A DNA stretch of 64,000 bases from positions 5,361-69,360 of the forward strand of contig CAZLCC010000010.1 in NCBI GenBank assembly GCA_964558365.1, given 5' to 3'. The stretch is from an uncultured Candidatus Saccharibacteria bacterium. Its GTDB lineage: Bacteria > Patescibacteriota > Saccharimonadia > Saccharimonadales > Saccharimonadaceae. Positions 28,281-38,605 of this stretch are shown here, one piece after another. Made by a program: the position numbers and the translations under genes. The notes beneath the pieces are model-generated. The model saw nothing but the letters and a program-made list of their open reading frames with translations. It did no database searches and was not told the DNA's origin. Each line of letters begins with the position of its first letter. Position 1 is the first letter of the stretch.

Positions 28281-29744
28281 ATGGTAAAGCAAGAAGTTTT
28301 AGATAATTATGAGCCAACAATTGGCATTGAGTGCCATGTGCAGCTAGCAACGAAAACTAAGTTATTTAGTGGTGCGAACAATGATGCCCGAGATGAAGCG
28401 CCCAATACGACTGTGAGCCCTATAGATTTTGGCTTTCCCGGAGTGTTGCCAGTTCTTAATAAAGAGGCTGTTACGCTCGCAATTAAAGCTGGCCTGGCTA
28501 TGAATTGTGAGATTGCAAAAGTGAGCCGTTTTGATCGAAAGCACTATTTTTATCCTGATCTTCCAAAGGGATATCAGACAACTCAGCTGTATCATCCGAT
28601 TATTGGCAAAGGTAAAATTGATATTCCAACACCAAACCATGAGGAATTTACTGTAAGAATTCACCATGCTCATCTAGAAGAAGATGCTGGAAAGCTAACG
28701 CATCCTGCTGGTAAAGAATATAGTTTAGTAGACTTAAATCGAGCTGGAACGCCATTGATTGAAATTGTGTCAGAACCCGATATTCATAGTGCTGAACAAG
28801 CAAAAGCATACGCTCAAGAGCTTTATCTTCTAATGACTTACTCTGGCGTAACGCACGGTGATTTATATCATGGCAACATGCGTTTTGATGTTAACGTTTC
28901 TGTTGCCAAAAAAGGCAGCAAAGAACTTGGCAAGCGAACAGAAGTAAAGAATTTAAATTCATTCAAAAGTGTAGAAAGAGCAGCAGACTATGAAATTAAA
29001 CGCCAGATTGAGATTTTAGAAAAAGGCGATTCAGTAACGCAAGAAACGCGAGGCTGGAACGATGCAAAGCAAAAGACGTTTTCTCAGCGCAGCAAAGAAG
29101 AAGCTCAAGATTATCGCTATATGCCAGATGCCGATATTCCACCAGTCGTTTTAAGTGATACTGTGGTCGAAGATGTAAAAGGTGCAATGCCATTTTTACC
29201 ACCTCAATATCGAGAAAAGTGGGAAGCACTAGGCGTCGATGATTCGGTTATTACTGCACTTTTGCAAGACAAGTCACAGGCAGAAATTATTAGTAAAGTG
29301 CAAGATAAATCTGATGTAGCTACTACGAAGCGAATTGCACATTGGTTTGCGAGCACGTTAGCTTCAGACGATGAATCTAATAGCGAAAAAGAAAGTTTGT
29401 CAGGCGCTTCTGCAGAAAGCTTGATTGGGCTTTCGGAGATGGTAGCAAAAAATGAACTTAGTTCTACTGCAGCAAAAGAAGTTTTCTTAGAATTACTCTC
29501 TGGCAGCAGCCTATCGCCAAAAGCAATTGCTGAAGAAAAAAATCTACTTCAAGTAAGCGACGAAGGTGCGATTGCCAAAATTGTTGATGAAGTGCTCGCA
29601 GATCCAGCTTCGCAAAAAGCAGTGCAAGATATTAAGGCAGGCAATGATAAAGCCATCGGTTTTTTGGTAGGCCAAGTGATGAAACAATCAAAAGGCAAGG
29701 CCAATCCAGCGTTAGCGCAAAAACTAATTCGCGAAAGGATATAA
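28281..29744 (+). CDS. gatB: Asp/Glu-tRNA amidotransferase subunit B
   Basis: GIECHVQL, DRKHYFYPDLPKGYQ, and a C-terminal YqeY-like domain. Confidence 0.95.
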   Translation: MVKQEVLDNYEPTIGIECHVQLATKTKLFSGANNDARDEAPNTTVSPIDFGFPGVLPVLNKEAVTLAIKAGLAMNCEIAKVSRFDRKHYFYPDLPKGYQTTQLYHPIIGKGKIDIPTPNHEEFTVRIHHAHLEEDAGKLTHPAGKEYSLVDLNRAGTPLIEIVSEPDIHSAEQAKAYAQELYLLMTYSGVTHGDLYHGNMRFDVNVSVAKKGSKELGKRTEVKNLNSFKSVERAADYEIKRQIEILEKGDSVTQETRGWNDAKQKTFSQRSKEEAQDYRYMPDADIPPVVLSDTVVEDVKGAMPFLPPQYREKWEALGVDDSVITALLQDKSQAEIISKVQDKSDVATTKRIAHWFASTLASDDESNSEKESLSGASAESLIGLSEMVAKNELSSTAAKEVFLELLSGSSLSPKAIAEEKNLLQVSDEGAIAKIVDEVLADPASQKAVQDIKAGNDKAIGFLVGQVMKQSKGKANPALAQKLIRERI

Positions 29745-29748
29745 AAAG

Positions 29749-30621
29749 ATGAAACGACCAACGAAAGCGATTATTTGTGCGGCAGGTTTGGGGACACGTT
29801 TTTTGCCTCAAACAAAAGCAATGCCTAAAGAAATGTTGCCAATTATAGATAAACCAGTTATTCAGCTGATCGTTGAAGAGGCGGTGGCGGCTGGTGTTAC
29901 AGAGGTTATTATTGTTACCGGAAGTACAAAGCGGCCGATTGAAGATCATTTTGATAGGGCAGACGAACTTGAGAATGAGCTAGAGCAGCGCGGCAAAAAA
30001 GAGTTGGCGCAAAAGTTGAGAGAAGTGGCAGAAATGGCGAATTTTATTTATCTGCGCCAAAAGGGGTCTCCAAAAGGCAACGCGTTGCCGGTTCTTAATG
30101 CTAGGCATTTGATAAGCAATGATGAGCCGTTTTTTGTTTTCTTTGCGGATGACTTTTTTAAATCTGAAGTTCCACGTGCGGCGCAGCTTCTTGATGCGTA
30201 TAAGAAAACGGGTAAATCTGTTATGTCGTTTGCAGAAGTAGCACCAGAAAAAGCAGATCAATATGGCATGGCAAAACCAGGTGAATATAAAGAAGAAGAT
30301 TTATTTACCGTAAAAGGATTGGTTGAAAAGCCAGAACTAGGCACAGAGCCAAGTTTATTAGCACAGACTGGCTGCTATCTTTTAACGCCAGATATTTTGC
30401 CTCTTATTGAAAATCTCCAGCCTGGAAAAGGTGGTGAAATTGTATTAGGAGATAGTATTAGCCAGTTAGCTGAAAAAGACGTAGTGTACGGTAAGAAAAT
30501 TAGTGGAACATGGCATGACGGCGGTAATCCGCTCGGCTATATAAAAGCAGTGATAGACTTTGCTTTGGACAGTGATGAATATAAAGAGGAGCTTTCTCGG
30601 TATTTAAAAAATAGAGTATAA
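29749..30621 (+). CDS. galU: UTP--glucose-1-phosphate uridylyltransferase
   Basis: AAGLGTRFLPQTKAMPKEMLP N-terminal signature, plus VEKP and GxxxD motifs. Confidence 0.9.
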   Translation: MKRPTKAIICAAGLGTRFLPQTKAMPKEMLPIIDKPVIQLIVEEAVAAGVTEVIIVTGSTKRPIEDHFDRADELENELEQRGKKELAQKLREVAEMANFIYLRQKGSPKGNALPVLNARHLISNDEPFFVFFADDFFKSEVPRAAQLLDAYKKTGKSVMSFAEVAPEKADQYGMAKPGEYKEEDLFTVKGLVEKPELGTEPSLLAQTGCYLLTPDILPLIENLQPGKGGEIVLGDSISQLAEKDVVYGKKISGTWHDGGNPLGYIKAVIDFALDSDEYKEELSRYLKNRV

Positions 30622-30653
30622 TAAGAGTATAGCTAAACGAAAGGATAGAAAAC

Positions 30654-30905
30654 ATGAGTGAAGCAGCAGAAATTTTAGTGGTAATACTTTCTATCTTTTT
30701 GGCAATCTTCTTGTTAATTGGCATTATTTTGGGCGTTATGTTGATTCGTGTGTCTAAAAATATTAGCTCAATTACGAGTTCAATTCAGCATACAACAGAG
30801 CAGATTGAAACAGTTGTTGAAAGCGTTTCAAAAGCAACAACTCCAATGATAATTGCAAAAATGATTATGAAACAGTTTAAAGACGGTAAAGATAAAAAAA
30901 AGTAA
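30654..30905 (+). CDS. DUF948/YtxG-like small membrane protein
   Basis: 83 aa with an N-terminal TM helix then a helical S/T/Q-rich segment. Sits next to a YtxH-like gene, as in Bacillus ytxGH. Confidence 0.5.
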   Translation: MSEAAEILVVILSIFLAIFLLIGIILGVMLIRVSKNISSITSSIQHTTEQIETVVESVSKATTPMIIAKMIMKQFKDGKDKKK

Positions 30906-30919
30906 AGGAGCTAAGAGAT

Positions 30920-31228
30920 ATGTCTAAAGGAAAATTTGCACTAGGAGCACTTATCGGCGCGGCTGCAGGGGCTCTTGCGGGAGTATTGGCAGCACCAAAA
31001 AGCGGAAAAGAAACTCGACAAGATATTAAAGATAAGGCGAATAAGGTCAAGAAAGACACAACAAAAAAAGCTGATCAAGTAGCCAAAGAAGCTAAGAAAA
31101 AAGCAGACGCTGTATCTGAAGAAGTAAAAGATACGGTTGATGAAGTGAAATATAAAGCAAAAGATGTGAAAAAGCGAACTGAAGGTGCGGTTGAGGGCGC
31201 TAAAGCTGGTTTTAAGAAGAAGCGATAA
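30920..31228 (+). CDS. YtxH-like general-stress protein
   Basis: GALIGAAAGALAGVLAAPKSGKETR N-terminal motif followed by a K/E-rich helix. Confidence 0.7.
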   Translation: MSKGKFALGALIGAAAGALAGVLAAPKSGKETRQDIKDKANKVKKDTTKKADQVAKEAKKKADAVSEEVKDTVDEVKYKAKDVKKRTEGAVEGAKAGFKKKR

Positions 31229-31238
31229 TAAGGTTTTG

Positions 31239-31520
31239 ATGACGAAGAAAAAAACAGTAGCTGAAAAATTTGCAGATGATCAGGTAAAAGGTGCGCAGCA
31301 AGATCTTGTCGAACAGCTTTTTGATGATCATTATAAGCATCGAGGACGCATTTACCAAGTCAACTTTTTTAGAGGCATAAGTTTTGGCTTTGGCAGTGTT
31401 TTAGGTGCGACAGTGCTGGTGGCGATTCTTTTATGGCTCCTTTCGTTTTTTAATGAGATGCCATTTATTGGAGATGTCGTAAAAAGTACGCAACAAAGTA
31501 TAGAACAACGTAGTCGCTAG
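31239..31520 (+). CDS. small membrane protein, hypothetical
   Basis: Start set at the ATG at 31239 (MTKKK). One or two TM helices (FGFGSVLGATVLVAILLWLL). Confidence 0.5.
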   Translation: MTKKKTVAEKFADDQVKGAQQDLVEQLFDDHYKHRGRIYQVNFFRGISFGFGSVLGATVLVAILLWLLSFFNEMPFIGDVVKSTQQSIEQRSR

Positions 31521-31541
31521 CTGAAATTAAGGGAGAGGTGT

Positions 31542-34500
31542 GTGAGTAAAACGATTTTAAAACCGTCAGATTATGTTCATCTTCATAATCATACGCACCA
31601 TAGCCTTCTCGATGGGCTAACAAAAATTGACGAGCTTATTCTGCATGTTAAAGATCTTGGTATGCATGCTGTTGCTATGACAGATCACGGTACGCTTTCA
31701 GGCGCTATTGATTTTTATAAAGCATGTAAAAAACATGACATCAAGCCAATTATTGGTATGGAAGCCTATGTTGCAGCTCGAAAAATTTCAGACCGCGACC
31801 CAGCAAAAGACAAAGCGCGCTATCATCTTATTCTTCTAGCTATGAATAACAAAGGTTACGAAAACCTTATGCGACTTTCGACAATTGCCAATCTTGAAGG
31901 CATGTATTATAAACCGCGAATTGATCATGAGCTTTTAGAAAAATATAACGAAGGGCTTATTGTTTTGAGCGGTTGCGCTGGTGGCGAACTTGGCGAAGCC
32001 TTGCGCGGCGAAAACTATGAAAAAGCAAAGTCAATTGCTGAATGGTATAAAGGGATTTTTGGTGACAGGTATTATCTCGAGATCCAAGATCACAACGAAT
32101 GGGCAGAACAAGTTAAGATTAACGAAGGAGTTTTTAAACTTTCTGAAGAGTTAAATATTCCAAAAGTAGTAACAGGCGATGCGCACTATCTTAAGCCGGA
32201 TGATCAAGATTCTCACGAGATTTTGCTTTGTGTGGGAACGGGATCGTATCTTAGCGACACGGATCGGATGAGTTTAAAAGATTTTCATCTCCATGTCACC
32301 GATCCAAAAGATGTAATTGAGCGCTGGCAAGATAAATACCCTGATATTGTTCGAAATACTAAAGAGATTGCCGATCGCTGCAATATTGAAATTGAGCTAG
32401 GCAAAATTTTAATCCCAACCTTCCCTACGCCAAAAGGTGAAAGCGAGAAGAGCTATCTTGAAAAGCTTGTATATCGTGGTCTTGCGTGGCGTTATGGCAA
32501 AGCGGAATTTGAAAATAAATTAACAATTGCTGAAGCCAAGAAGCAGCTTCCGAAGGATGTGCTAGAAAGAGCCGAGTTTGAACTTAAGACCATTGAGAGT
32601 ATGGGGTTCAACGGCTATTTTTTGATTATTTGGGACTTCATGGATTGGGGTAAGAAAAGAGGTATTATTTTTGGTCCTGGTCGTGGTTCGGCCGCTGGTT
32701 CAATTATTGCCTACGCTCTTAATATTACAGATCTTGATCCGATAAAATACGACCTTCTTTTTGAGCGATTTTTGAATCCAGATCGTATATCTATGCCCGA
32801 TATTGATATCGATATTCAAGATACTCGTCGTGATGAAGTAATTCAATACTGCGTTGAAAAATATGGTGATGACAAAGTTGCAAACATTGTTACCTTTGGT
32901 CGTATGGCTGCTCGCGCTGCTGTAAGAGATGTTGCACGTGTTTTGCAGGTTCCTTATTCTGATGCGGATCGTCTTGCAAAGCTTGTGCCAGCTCCTGTGC
33001 AGGGTCGCCATATTCCATTAAAAAAGAGTGTTGAAAGTGATGCTGATTTAAGGAATGAATATGAAACAAATGCAGATGCGAAACGCGTTATAGATTTTGC
33101 ATCACGGCTTGAAGGGACGATTCGCTCACATGGTGTGCATGCTGCGGGTGTGGTGATTGCGCCAGATGAAATCGTAAAGTTTACGCCACTTGAAATGGCA
33201 CAAAAAGGTGTTGTATCAACGCAATACCCAATGTTTCCTATTGAAGATCTTGGGCTTTTAAAAATGGATTTTCTCGGGCTTTCAAACCTTACAATTATTA
33301 ACAATGCGCTGAGAATTATTAAAAAGGTATATAAAAATGATATTGAGCTTGCGACGCTGCCGCTTGATGATGAAAAAACATTTGAACTCTTTCAACGCGG
33401 CGACACAACAGGTGTATTTCAGCTGGAATCTGCTGGCATGAAGCGCTACCTAAAGCAGCTTCAGCCAACGGTTTTTGAAGACATTATTGCGATGGTTGCG
33501 CTATATCGTCCCGGACCAATGCAGTTTATTGACGATTTTATTGCAAGAAAGCATGGCAAGAAAAAGATTGAATATCTGCACCCAAAGATGGAAGATGCTT
33601 TGAAGAGTACATACGGAATTTTGGTATATCAAGAGCAGTTTATGCAAATTTCAAAAGATATGGCTGGTTTTACCGGCGGTCAGGCGGATACGCTTCGAAA
33701 AGCTGTTGGCAAGAAGATCATGTCTATGATGAAAGAGGTAAAGCCGCAGTTTATTGAAGGCGCAATTAAGCATAGTGGCGCAGACAAGAAGTTAGTTGAA
33801 AAATTTTGGGATCAGCTAGAAGAATTTGCTAACTATTGTTTTAACAAATCACATGCAGCATGTTATGCAATGATTGCATATTGGACGGCGTACCTTAAGG
33901 CGCATTACCCGGACGCTTTTATGGCAGCTTTAATGACAAGCGACCAAGATGATATCGATCGCTTAGCGATTGAGATTAGTGAATGCAAAAAAATGGGCAT
34001 AAAAGTATTGCCGCCAGATGTTCGCGAAAGCTATGTTGAATTTGCTATTGTTCCAGAAAAAAATGAAATTCGCTTTGGTATGGCTGCGGTGAAAGGTGTT
34101 GGCACGGGGGCGGTAGAAGAAGTTTTGCGCGCGCGCGAAGAAGAGCCATTTAAGAGTATTGAAGATTTTGCGAAACGCGTAAGTACCAGCAAGGCAAATA
34201 AAAAAGCCTGGGAATCACTTATCAAAGCTGGTGCGTTTGATGCTTTCGGTGATAGGTCAGACTTACTATTTAACGTTGAGACACTCCTTGGATTTGCGAG
34301 TAAATTACAAAAAGAAGCAATTAGCGGGCAAGCAGATTTATTTGGTGGGCTAGAGAGCGCTGTTGCGATGCCAAGTGTTGAGTTGCAGCCTGCGCCAACA
34401 AAGCACTCGCCAAAAGAACTTTTAACATGGGAGAGAGAGCTACTTGGTCTCTATTTAAGCTCTCATCCGCTTGATTCTTATGAAACATACTTAAACGAGC

Positions 34501-35150
34501 AAACTGTTTCTTTAAATAGCGTCGGCGAACCACTTGATAACAAAACAATTACCGTCGGCGGAGTTATTAGTTCTATCCGTTCTATTACTACAAAAAGCGG
34601 CAGCAAAATGGCGTTTGTTGGCTTAGAAGACAAAACTGGCGAAACAGAAATTATCGTTTTTCCAAAATTATTTGAAAAAATTGGAGACACTCTAATGCAA
34701 GATTTAGTCGTCTCTATTAAAGGTCGCGTTAACGCAAGAGATAAGAACGGTAATCTTACTGGTGAAGTGAAAATTATCGCAGACGAAATAACACCAATTA
34801 CAGAAGAAGATTTAAAAAACTATACGGTAACGGGTAAAAAAATGAAGACGCCTGCTGGCAAGAAGAGCGTGAAGGCGGAAGTGGCAAAACAAGAAGCACC
34901 ACTAAATATTGCTCCACCAATTGATAAACCAAAAAAGATTTATATTCACATTAAAGATCCGAATGAGCACGAAAAATTACTACAAATGAAGAAGCTTTTT
35001 AATGAATACCCAGGCGATAGTGAAATCATTTTGATGCTTGGTGATGATAAACAGTCAGCTATCCGCCTGCCGTTTAAAGCAGATGCAACGAATGGTCTAA
35101 AAGGTAAGCTAGTCGATATTTATACTGAAAAGTGCGTTGTTTTTAAGTAG
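31542..35150 (+). CDS. dnaE: DNA polymerase III alpha subunit
   Basis: N-terminal PHP domain (HLHNHTHHSLLDG), palm/fingers motifs, and a C-terminal OB fold. GTG start after GGGAGAGG. Confidence 0.95.
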   Translation: MSKTILKPSDYVHLHNHTHHSLLDGLTKIDELILHVKDLGMHAVAMTDHGTLSGAIDFYKACKKHDIKPIIGMEAYVAARKISDRDPAKDKARYHLILLAMNNKGYENLMRLSTIANLEGMYYKPRIDHELLEKYNEGLIVLSGCAGGELGEALRGENYEKAKSIAEWYKGIFGDRYYLEIQDHNEWAEQVKINEGVFKLSEELNIPKVVTGDAHYLKPDDQDSHEILLCVGTGSYLSDTDRMSLKDFHLHVTDPKDVIERWQDKYPDIVRNTKEIADRCNIEIELGKILIPTFPTPKGESEKSYLEKLVYRGLAWRYGKAEFENKLTIAEAKKQLPKDVLERAEFELKTIESMGFNGYFLIIWDFMDWGKKRGIIFGPGRGSAAGSIIAYALNITDLDPIKYDLLFERFLNPDRISMPDIDIDIQDTRRDEVIQYCVEKYGDDKVANIVTFGRMAARAAVRDVARVLQVPYSDADRLAKLVPAPVQGRHIPLKKSVESDADLRNEYETNADAKRVIDFASRLEGTIRSHGVHAAGVVIAPDEIVKFTPLEMAQKGVVSTQYPMFPIEDLGLLKMDFLGLSNLTIINNALRIIKKVYKNDIELATLPLDDEKTFELFQRGDTTGVFQLESAGMKRYLKQLQPTVFEDIIAMVALYRPGPMQFIDDFIARKHGKKKIEYLHPKMEDALKSTYGILVYQEQFMQISKDMAGFTGGQADTLRKAVGKKIMSMMKEVKPQFIEGAIKHSGADKKLVEKFWDQLEEFANYCFNKSHAACYAMIAYWTAYLKAHYPDAFMAALMTSDQDDIDRLAIEISECKKMGIKVLPPDVRESYVEFAIVPEKNEIRFGMAAVKGVGTGAVEEVLRAREEEPFKSIEDFAKRVSTSKANKKAWESLIKAGAFDAFGDRSDLLFNVETLLGFASKLQKEAISGQADLFGGLESAVAMPSVELQPAPTKHSPKELLTWERELLGLYLSSHPLDSYETYLNEQTVSLNSVGEPLDNKTITVGGVISSIRSITTKSGSKMAFVGLEDKTGETEIIVFPKLFEKIGDTLMQDLVVSIKGRVNARDKNGNLTGEVKIIADEITPITEEDLKNYTVTGKKMKTPAGKKSVKAEVAKQEAPLNIAPPIDKPKKIYIHIKDPNEHEKLLQMKKLFNEYPGDSEIILMLGDDKQSAIRLPFKADATNGLKGKLVDIYTEKCVVFK

Positions 35151-35640
35151 AAAGTGCATAGAGCGCGATTCCAGCGGCAACACTTACGTTAAAAGACTCT
35201 TTTTTGCCTTGCATTGGAATTTCTAATAATTCATCGCACTGCTTCATAATATCGTCAGTAATTCCCGACACTTCTTCACCTAAAATAAGGGCTACTTTAT
35301 CTGTTGGTCTATAGTTTGGAAGTAAAATACTTTTTTCGTTTTGTTCTAAGCCTAAAATAGAATATCCTTCATCCCGTAATGTTTTTATGATGACTTGAAT
35401 ATCTTCTTGGTAAGAAAAGTGTACTGTTTTTTCTGCGCCTAATGCTGTTTTACTAATTTGCTGGGTCAGCTTTTCAGAGATGTGAGGTAAGCGAACATCA
35501 TTGTGCATTTTAGGGTATGGTGTATATCCGGTGAGGTATAGTTTTTTAATCCCAAATCCATCGCAGGTGCGAAAAATAGAGCCAACATTATGAGTAGAGC
35601 GAATATTGTGGGTAATAACGATTATTTCTGATTTTTCCAT
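35143..35640 (-). CDS. SpoU/TrmH-family RNA 2'-O-methyltransferase
   Basis: SPOUT motifs NVGSIFRT, LILGEEVSGI, IPMQG..ESFNVSVAAGIALY. Confidence 0.85.
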   Translation of the reverse strand: MEKSEIIVITHNIRSTHNVGSIFRTCDGFGIKKLYLTGYTPYPKMHNDVRLPHISEKLTQQISKTALGAEKTVHFSYQEDIQVIIKTLRDEGYSILGLEQNEKSILLPNYRPTDKVALILGEEVSGITDDIMKQCDELLEIPMQGKKESFNVSVAAGIALYALST

Positions 35641-35695
35641 ACCATCTATTGTAACAGTCGTAAAACCTTATGCTTTTCTGATACAATGTTAGCTA

Positions 35696-37318
35696 ATGGA
35701 CGAGGAAAAGCAAAAAGCGCATTATCGCGATAAAGACGAGAAAAACACGCAGCAACGTGCGGCAATTTTAGGACTTGAATATTTAGATACACGCGGGCTA
35801 ACAGATCAAATTGAACTTGTGCCTCAGCTACTAACCATAGACGAAATGCACAAAGGTCGTTTGGTGCCGCTTTATAATGGCAATGACATAGACCCATTCG
35901 TGTTTGGCGTTACAAATAACACACCGCAGTCAATCACGAACACGCTAAAAGCGAAATATAACGAAAAAGGTCAGACTGCGAAGATGGTGTTGATTAGTAA
36001 CACTGGCTACCGAGAGATGATGCTTCGTTATGATCCGCCAAAAAGAGTAGTATACGAAGATGTAACAATTGCAAAAGAGGGCGATAGTGAAACAATTGCT
36101 GAGGTGTCTAAAACGCTTGAATCTGTTAATACGGATGATATCTTAGACTATCTCATTACGCAGGCCGAGCTATTAGGGGCGAGTGATATTCACCTTGAAA
36201 ATGAACGAGATGAACTTCGTGTGCGCTTTCGTGTTGATGGTGCTCTGCATCCTGTTGCAAAGCTCTCTCATGATAAATATCGTGTCTTGCTTGCGTCGCT
36301 AGCTTCTCGGGCGAATATTTCTACTGCAGCCACAGATGCGCAATCTGGAAGTATGCAGCAGCGCATTGAGAAAGAGGGCAAGGTTATTTTTCTTAATATG
36401 CGTATCGAGGTAATCCCAACTGTCTATGGGCAAGATGCAGTAATCCGACTCTTTAATTTTGATGAATCACTTTTAAATCTCAATAATATTGGGGTGAGCG
36501 AATCCGAGCGGGCGCAGATTGATAAAATTATTCAGCACCCAAGGGGTATGGTGCTGATGGTTGGTCCAACTGGGTCAGGAAAATCCACTACACTTTATAG
36601 TATTATCAATGCACTAAATACAACTGATAGAAAGATTATTACGCTTGAAGATCCGGTTGAATTTCGTGTGCCTGGCGTGAGTCAAATTCCAGTTAATACA
36701 GATGGTGGCTTAAGTTTTGGCGATAAACTCCGAGCAGTTTTGCGGCTTGATCCTGATGTTGTGATGGTTGGTGAAATTAGAGACAAAGATACCGCGCGTA
36801 CGGCTGTACAAGCGTCTATTACAGGGCATTTGGTACTCAGTACCTTTCACGCTAATTCTGCCGCTGCGGCATTTAGCCGAATGATCGACATGATTGGCGT
36901 GAACCCAATATTTAGCACAGCTATCCGTCTTGTTGTTGGCCAGCGACTTGTAAGAAAGCTAGACGACAATAAAGAGGCGTATAAAGCAGATGACGCAACG
37001 AAAGAATGGATAAAAGAGACGCTAAAAGGCTTACCAGAGCATATTGAAAAACCAAACCTTGATGGCGACATCACGCTATATAAGCCTATCGTTTCTGAAG
37101 ATTCGCCATTTGGCTATAAAGGGCGAATTGTTCTAATGGAGCAAATGGTAGTGAATGAAGAAATTCAAAAATATCTTCGTGGTGAATTAGCGGATGTTCA
37201 CACAGAGGCAATTGAACAGACAGCCAAAGAGCAGGGTATGGTAACTATGCTGCAGATGGGCGTTTTAAAAGCGCTTGAAGGCGAAACAACGCTCGAAGAA
37301 GTGAATAGAGTTCTTTAA
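35696..37318 (+). CDS. type IV pilus assembly / type II secretion ATPase (PilB/GspE family)
   Basis: Walker A GPTGSGKSTT, Asp box, Walker B VMVGEIRD and His box LVLSTFH. Confidence 0.9.
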   Translation: MDEEKQKAHYRDKDEKNTQQRAAILGLEYLDTRGLTDQIELVPQLLTIDEMHKGRLVPLYNGNDIDPFVFGVTNNTPQSITNTLKAKYNEKGQTAKMVLISNTGYREMMLRYDPPKRVVYEDVTIAKEGDSETIAEVSKTLESVNTDDILDYLITQAELLGASDIHLENERDELRVRFRVDGALHPVAKLSHDKYRVLLASLASRANISTAATDAQSGSMQQRIEKEGKVIFLNMRIEVIPTVYGQDAVIRLFNFDESLLNLNNIGVSESERAQIDKIIQHPRGMVLMVGPTGSGKSTTLYSIINALNTTDRKIITLEDPVEFRVPGVSQIPVNTDGGLSFGDKLRAVLRLDPDVVMVGEIRDKDTARTAVQASITGHLVLSTFHANSAAAAFSRMIDMIGVNPIFSTAIRLVVGQRLVRKLDDNKEAYKADDATKEWIKETLKGLPEHIEKPNLDGDITLYKPIVSEDSPFGYKGRIVLMEQMVVNEEIQKYLRGELADVHTEAIEQTAKEQGMVTMLQMGVLKALEGETTLEEVNRVL

Positions 37319-38448
37319 ACAATTACTTTTGCAATTGCGGGCACAAGCTCCTTATTCATAATTGAAGGAATAATTTCATCTGGATTTGGATTTTTAACTA
37401 AGCTTGCAATTGTTTCAGCAGCTGCAATTTTATGCTCATCAGTGATTTTTTGCACTCCGTTATCAAGTGCGCCACGAAATATACCAGGGAAGGCAAGTGC
37501 GTTATTCACTTGATTTGGTAAATCGCTTCTACCCGTAGCAAGCACTGCTACGCCAGCTTCTTTTGCGAGCTGAGGACTAATTTCCGGGTTAGGATTTGCA
37601 AGAGCAAATACAATCGGATTATCAGCCATTCTTTTAATGTGTTCTTTTGTTAATAAATCAGCTTTACTAACGCCAATAAAAACATCAGCGTTTTCTAGCG
37701 TATTGCTTAGATCTCCATCAATATTGTTTGGGTTTGTGATGTCTAAGAGCTCTTTCTTTTGGCTATCTAAGCCAGTTCGATTTTGGCTAATTGCCCCTTT
37801 GCTGTCAACCAGAATAATTTCAGGCTTAGCATAGCGATGAAGCAGTTTTGTGATTGCTGTTCCAGCCGCACCAGCGCCAACAATCACAATTTTTGTTTCC
37901 TCAAGCTTTTTTCCCACAACTTTCACTGCATTAATCAGTCCAGCCAAAACAACGACCGCAGTGCCGTGTTGGTCGTCATGAAATACAGGAATATCAAGCT
38001 CAGTTTTTAGTCTTTCTTCAATTTCAAAACACTTTGGTGCCGCAAAATCTTCAAGATTAATTGCGCCAAAACTTGGTGCAATATTTTTAATTGTTTGAAT
38101 AATTTCTTCAGTATTCTGCGTATTAAGCACAATTGGCACAGAATCAATGTTTGCAAAATGTTTAAATAGTAGTGCCTTACCTTCCATTACTGGCATACTG
38201 GCTTTGCCGCCAATGTTGCCAAGTCCCAAAACGGAAGAGCCGTCAGAAATAACTGCTACCAAATTATTCGTCCAGGTATATTCTTTTAACTTATTCGGAT
38301 TTTCGGCAATTGCTTTACTTATGGCCGCTACGCCGGGTGTGTAATAGGCGCTTAATTTTTCTTGATCAATGACTTCATCGCGAAGTTTTGTTGTAATCTT
38401 GCCTTTATTTTTTTTATGAAGTTCTAGGGCCTTTTCATCAATACTCAT
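37315..38448 (-). CDS. maeB: NAD(P)-dependent malic enzyme (short form)
   Basis: YTPGVA, VVSDGSxVLGLGNIG-type motif (VISDGSSVLGLGNIG), and GAGAAG NAD site. Start set at the ATG at 38448 (MSIDEKALE), 10 nt after a TATACT box. Confidence 0.9.
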   Translation of the reverse strand: MSIDEKALELHKKNKGKITTKLRDEVIDQEKLSAYYTPGVAAISKAIAENPNKLKEYTWTNNLVAVISDGSSVLGLGNIGGKASMPVMEGKALLFKHFANIDSVPIVLNTQNTEEIIQTIKNIAPSFGAINLEDFAAPKCFEIEERLKTELDIPVFHDDQHGTAVVVLAGLINAVKVVGKKLEETKIVIVGAGAAGTAITKLLHRYAKPEIILVDSKGAISQNRTGLDSQKKELLDITNPNNIDGDLSNTLENADVFIGVSKADLLTKEHIKRMADNPIVFALANPNPEISPQLAKEAGVAVLATGRSDLPNQVNNALAFPGIFRGALDNGVQKITDEHKIAAAETIASLVKNPNPDEIIPSIMNKELVPAIAKVIV

Positions 38449-38563
38449 ACTAACCAATAGTATATGGTTTTTGCTTTTATAACTAGTTGTTTTTGGGTTA
38501 TTTCTTCTCAAAAATCCTTAAAAAGATTAAGAACTTATGAGAAGGACAGAATATATCCCTGCG

Positions 38564-38592
38564 GGGGACGGAGGTGCAGTTCCTCCGTCCCC
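38564..38592. repeat. perfect 11-bp-stem hairpin (GGGGACGGAGG / CCTCCGTCCCC, 7-nt loop)
   Basis: Read directly from the sequence. Lies 14 nt downstream of the orphan ORF stop on the minus strand. No U-tract on either strand. Confidence 0.85.
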
Positions 38593-38605
38593 ATTCCCCG
38601 AGAGT

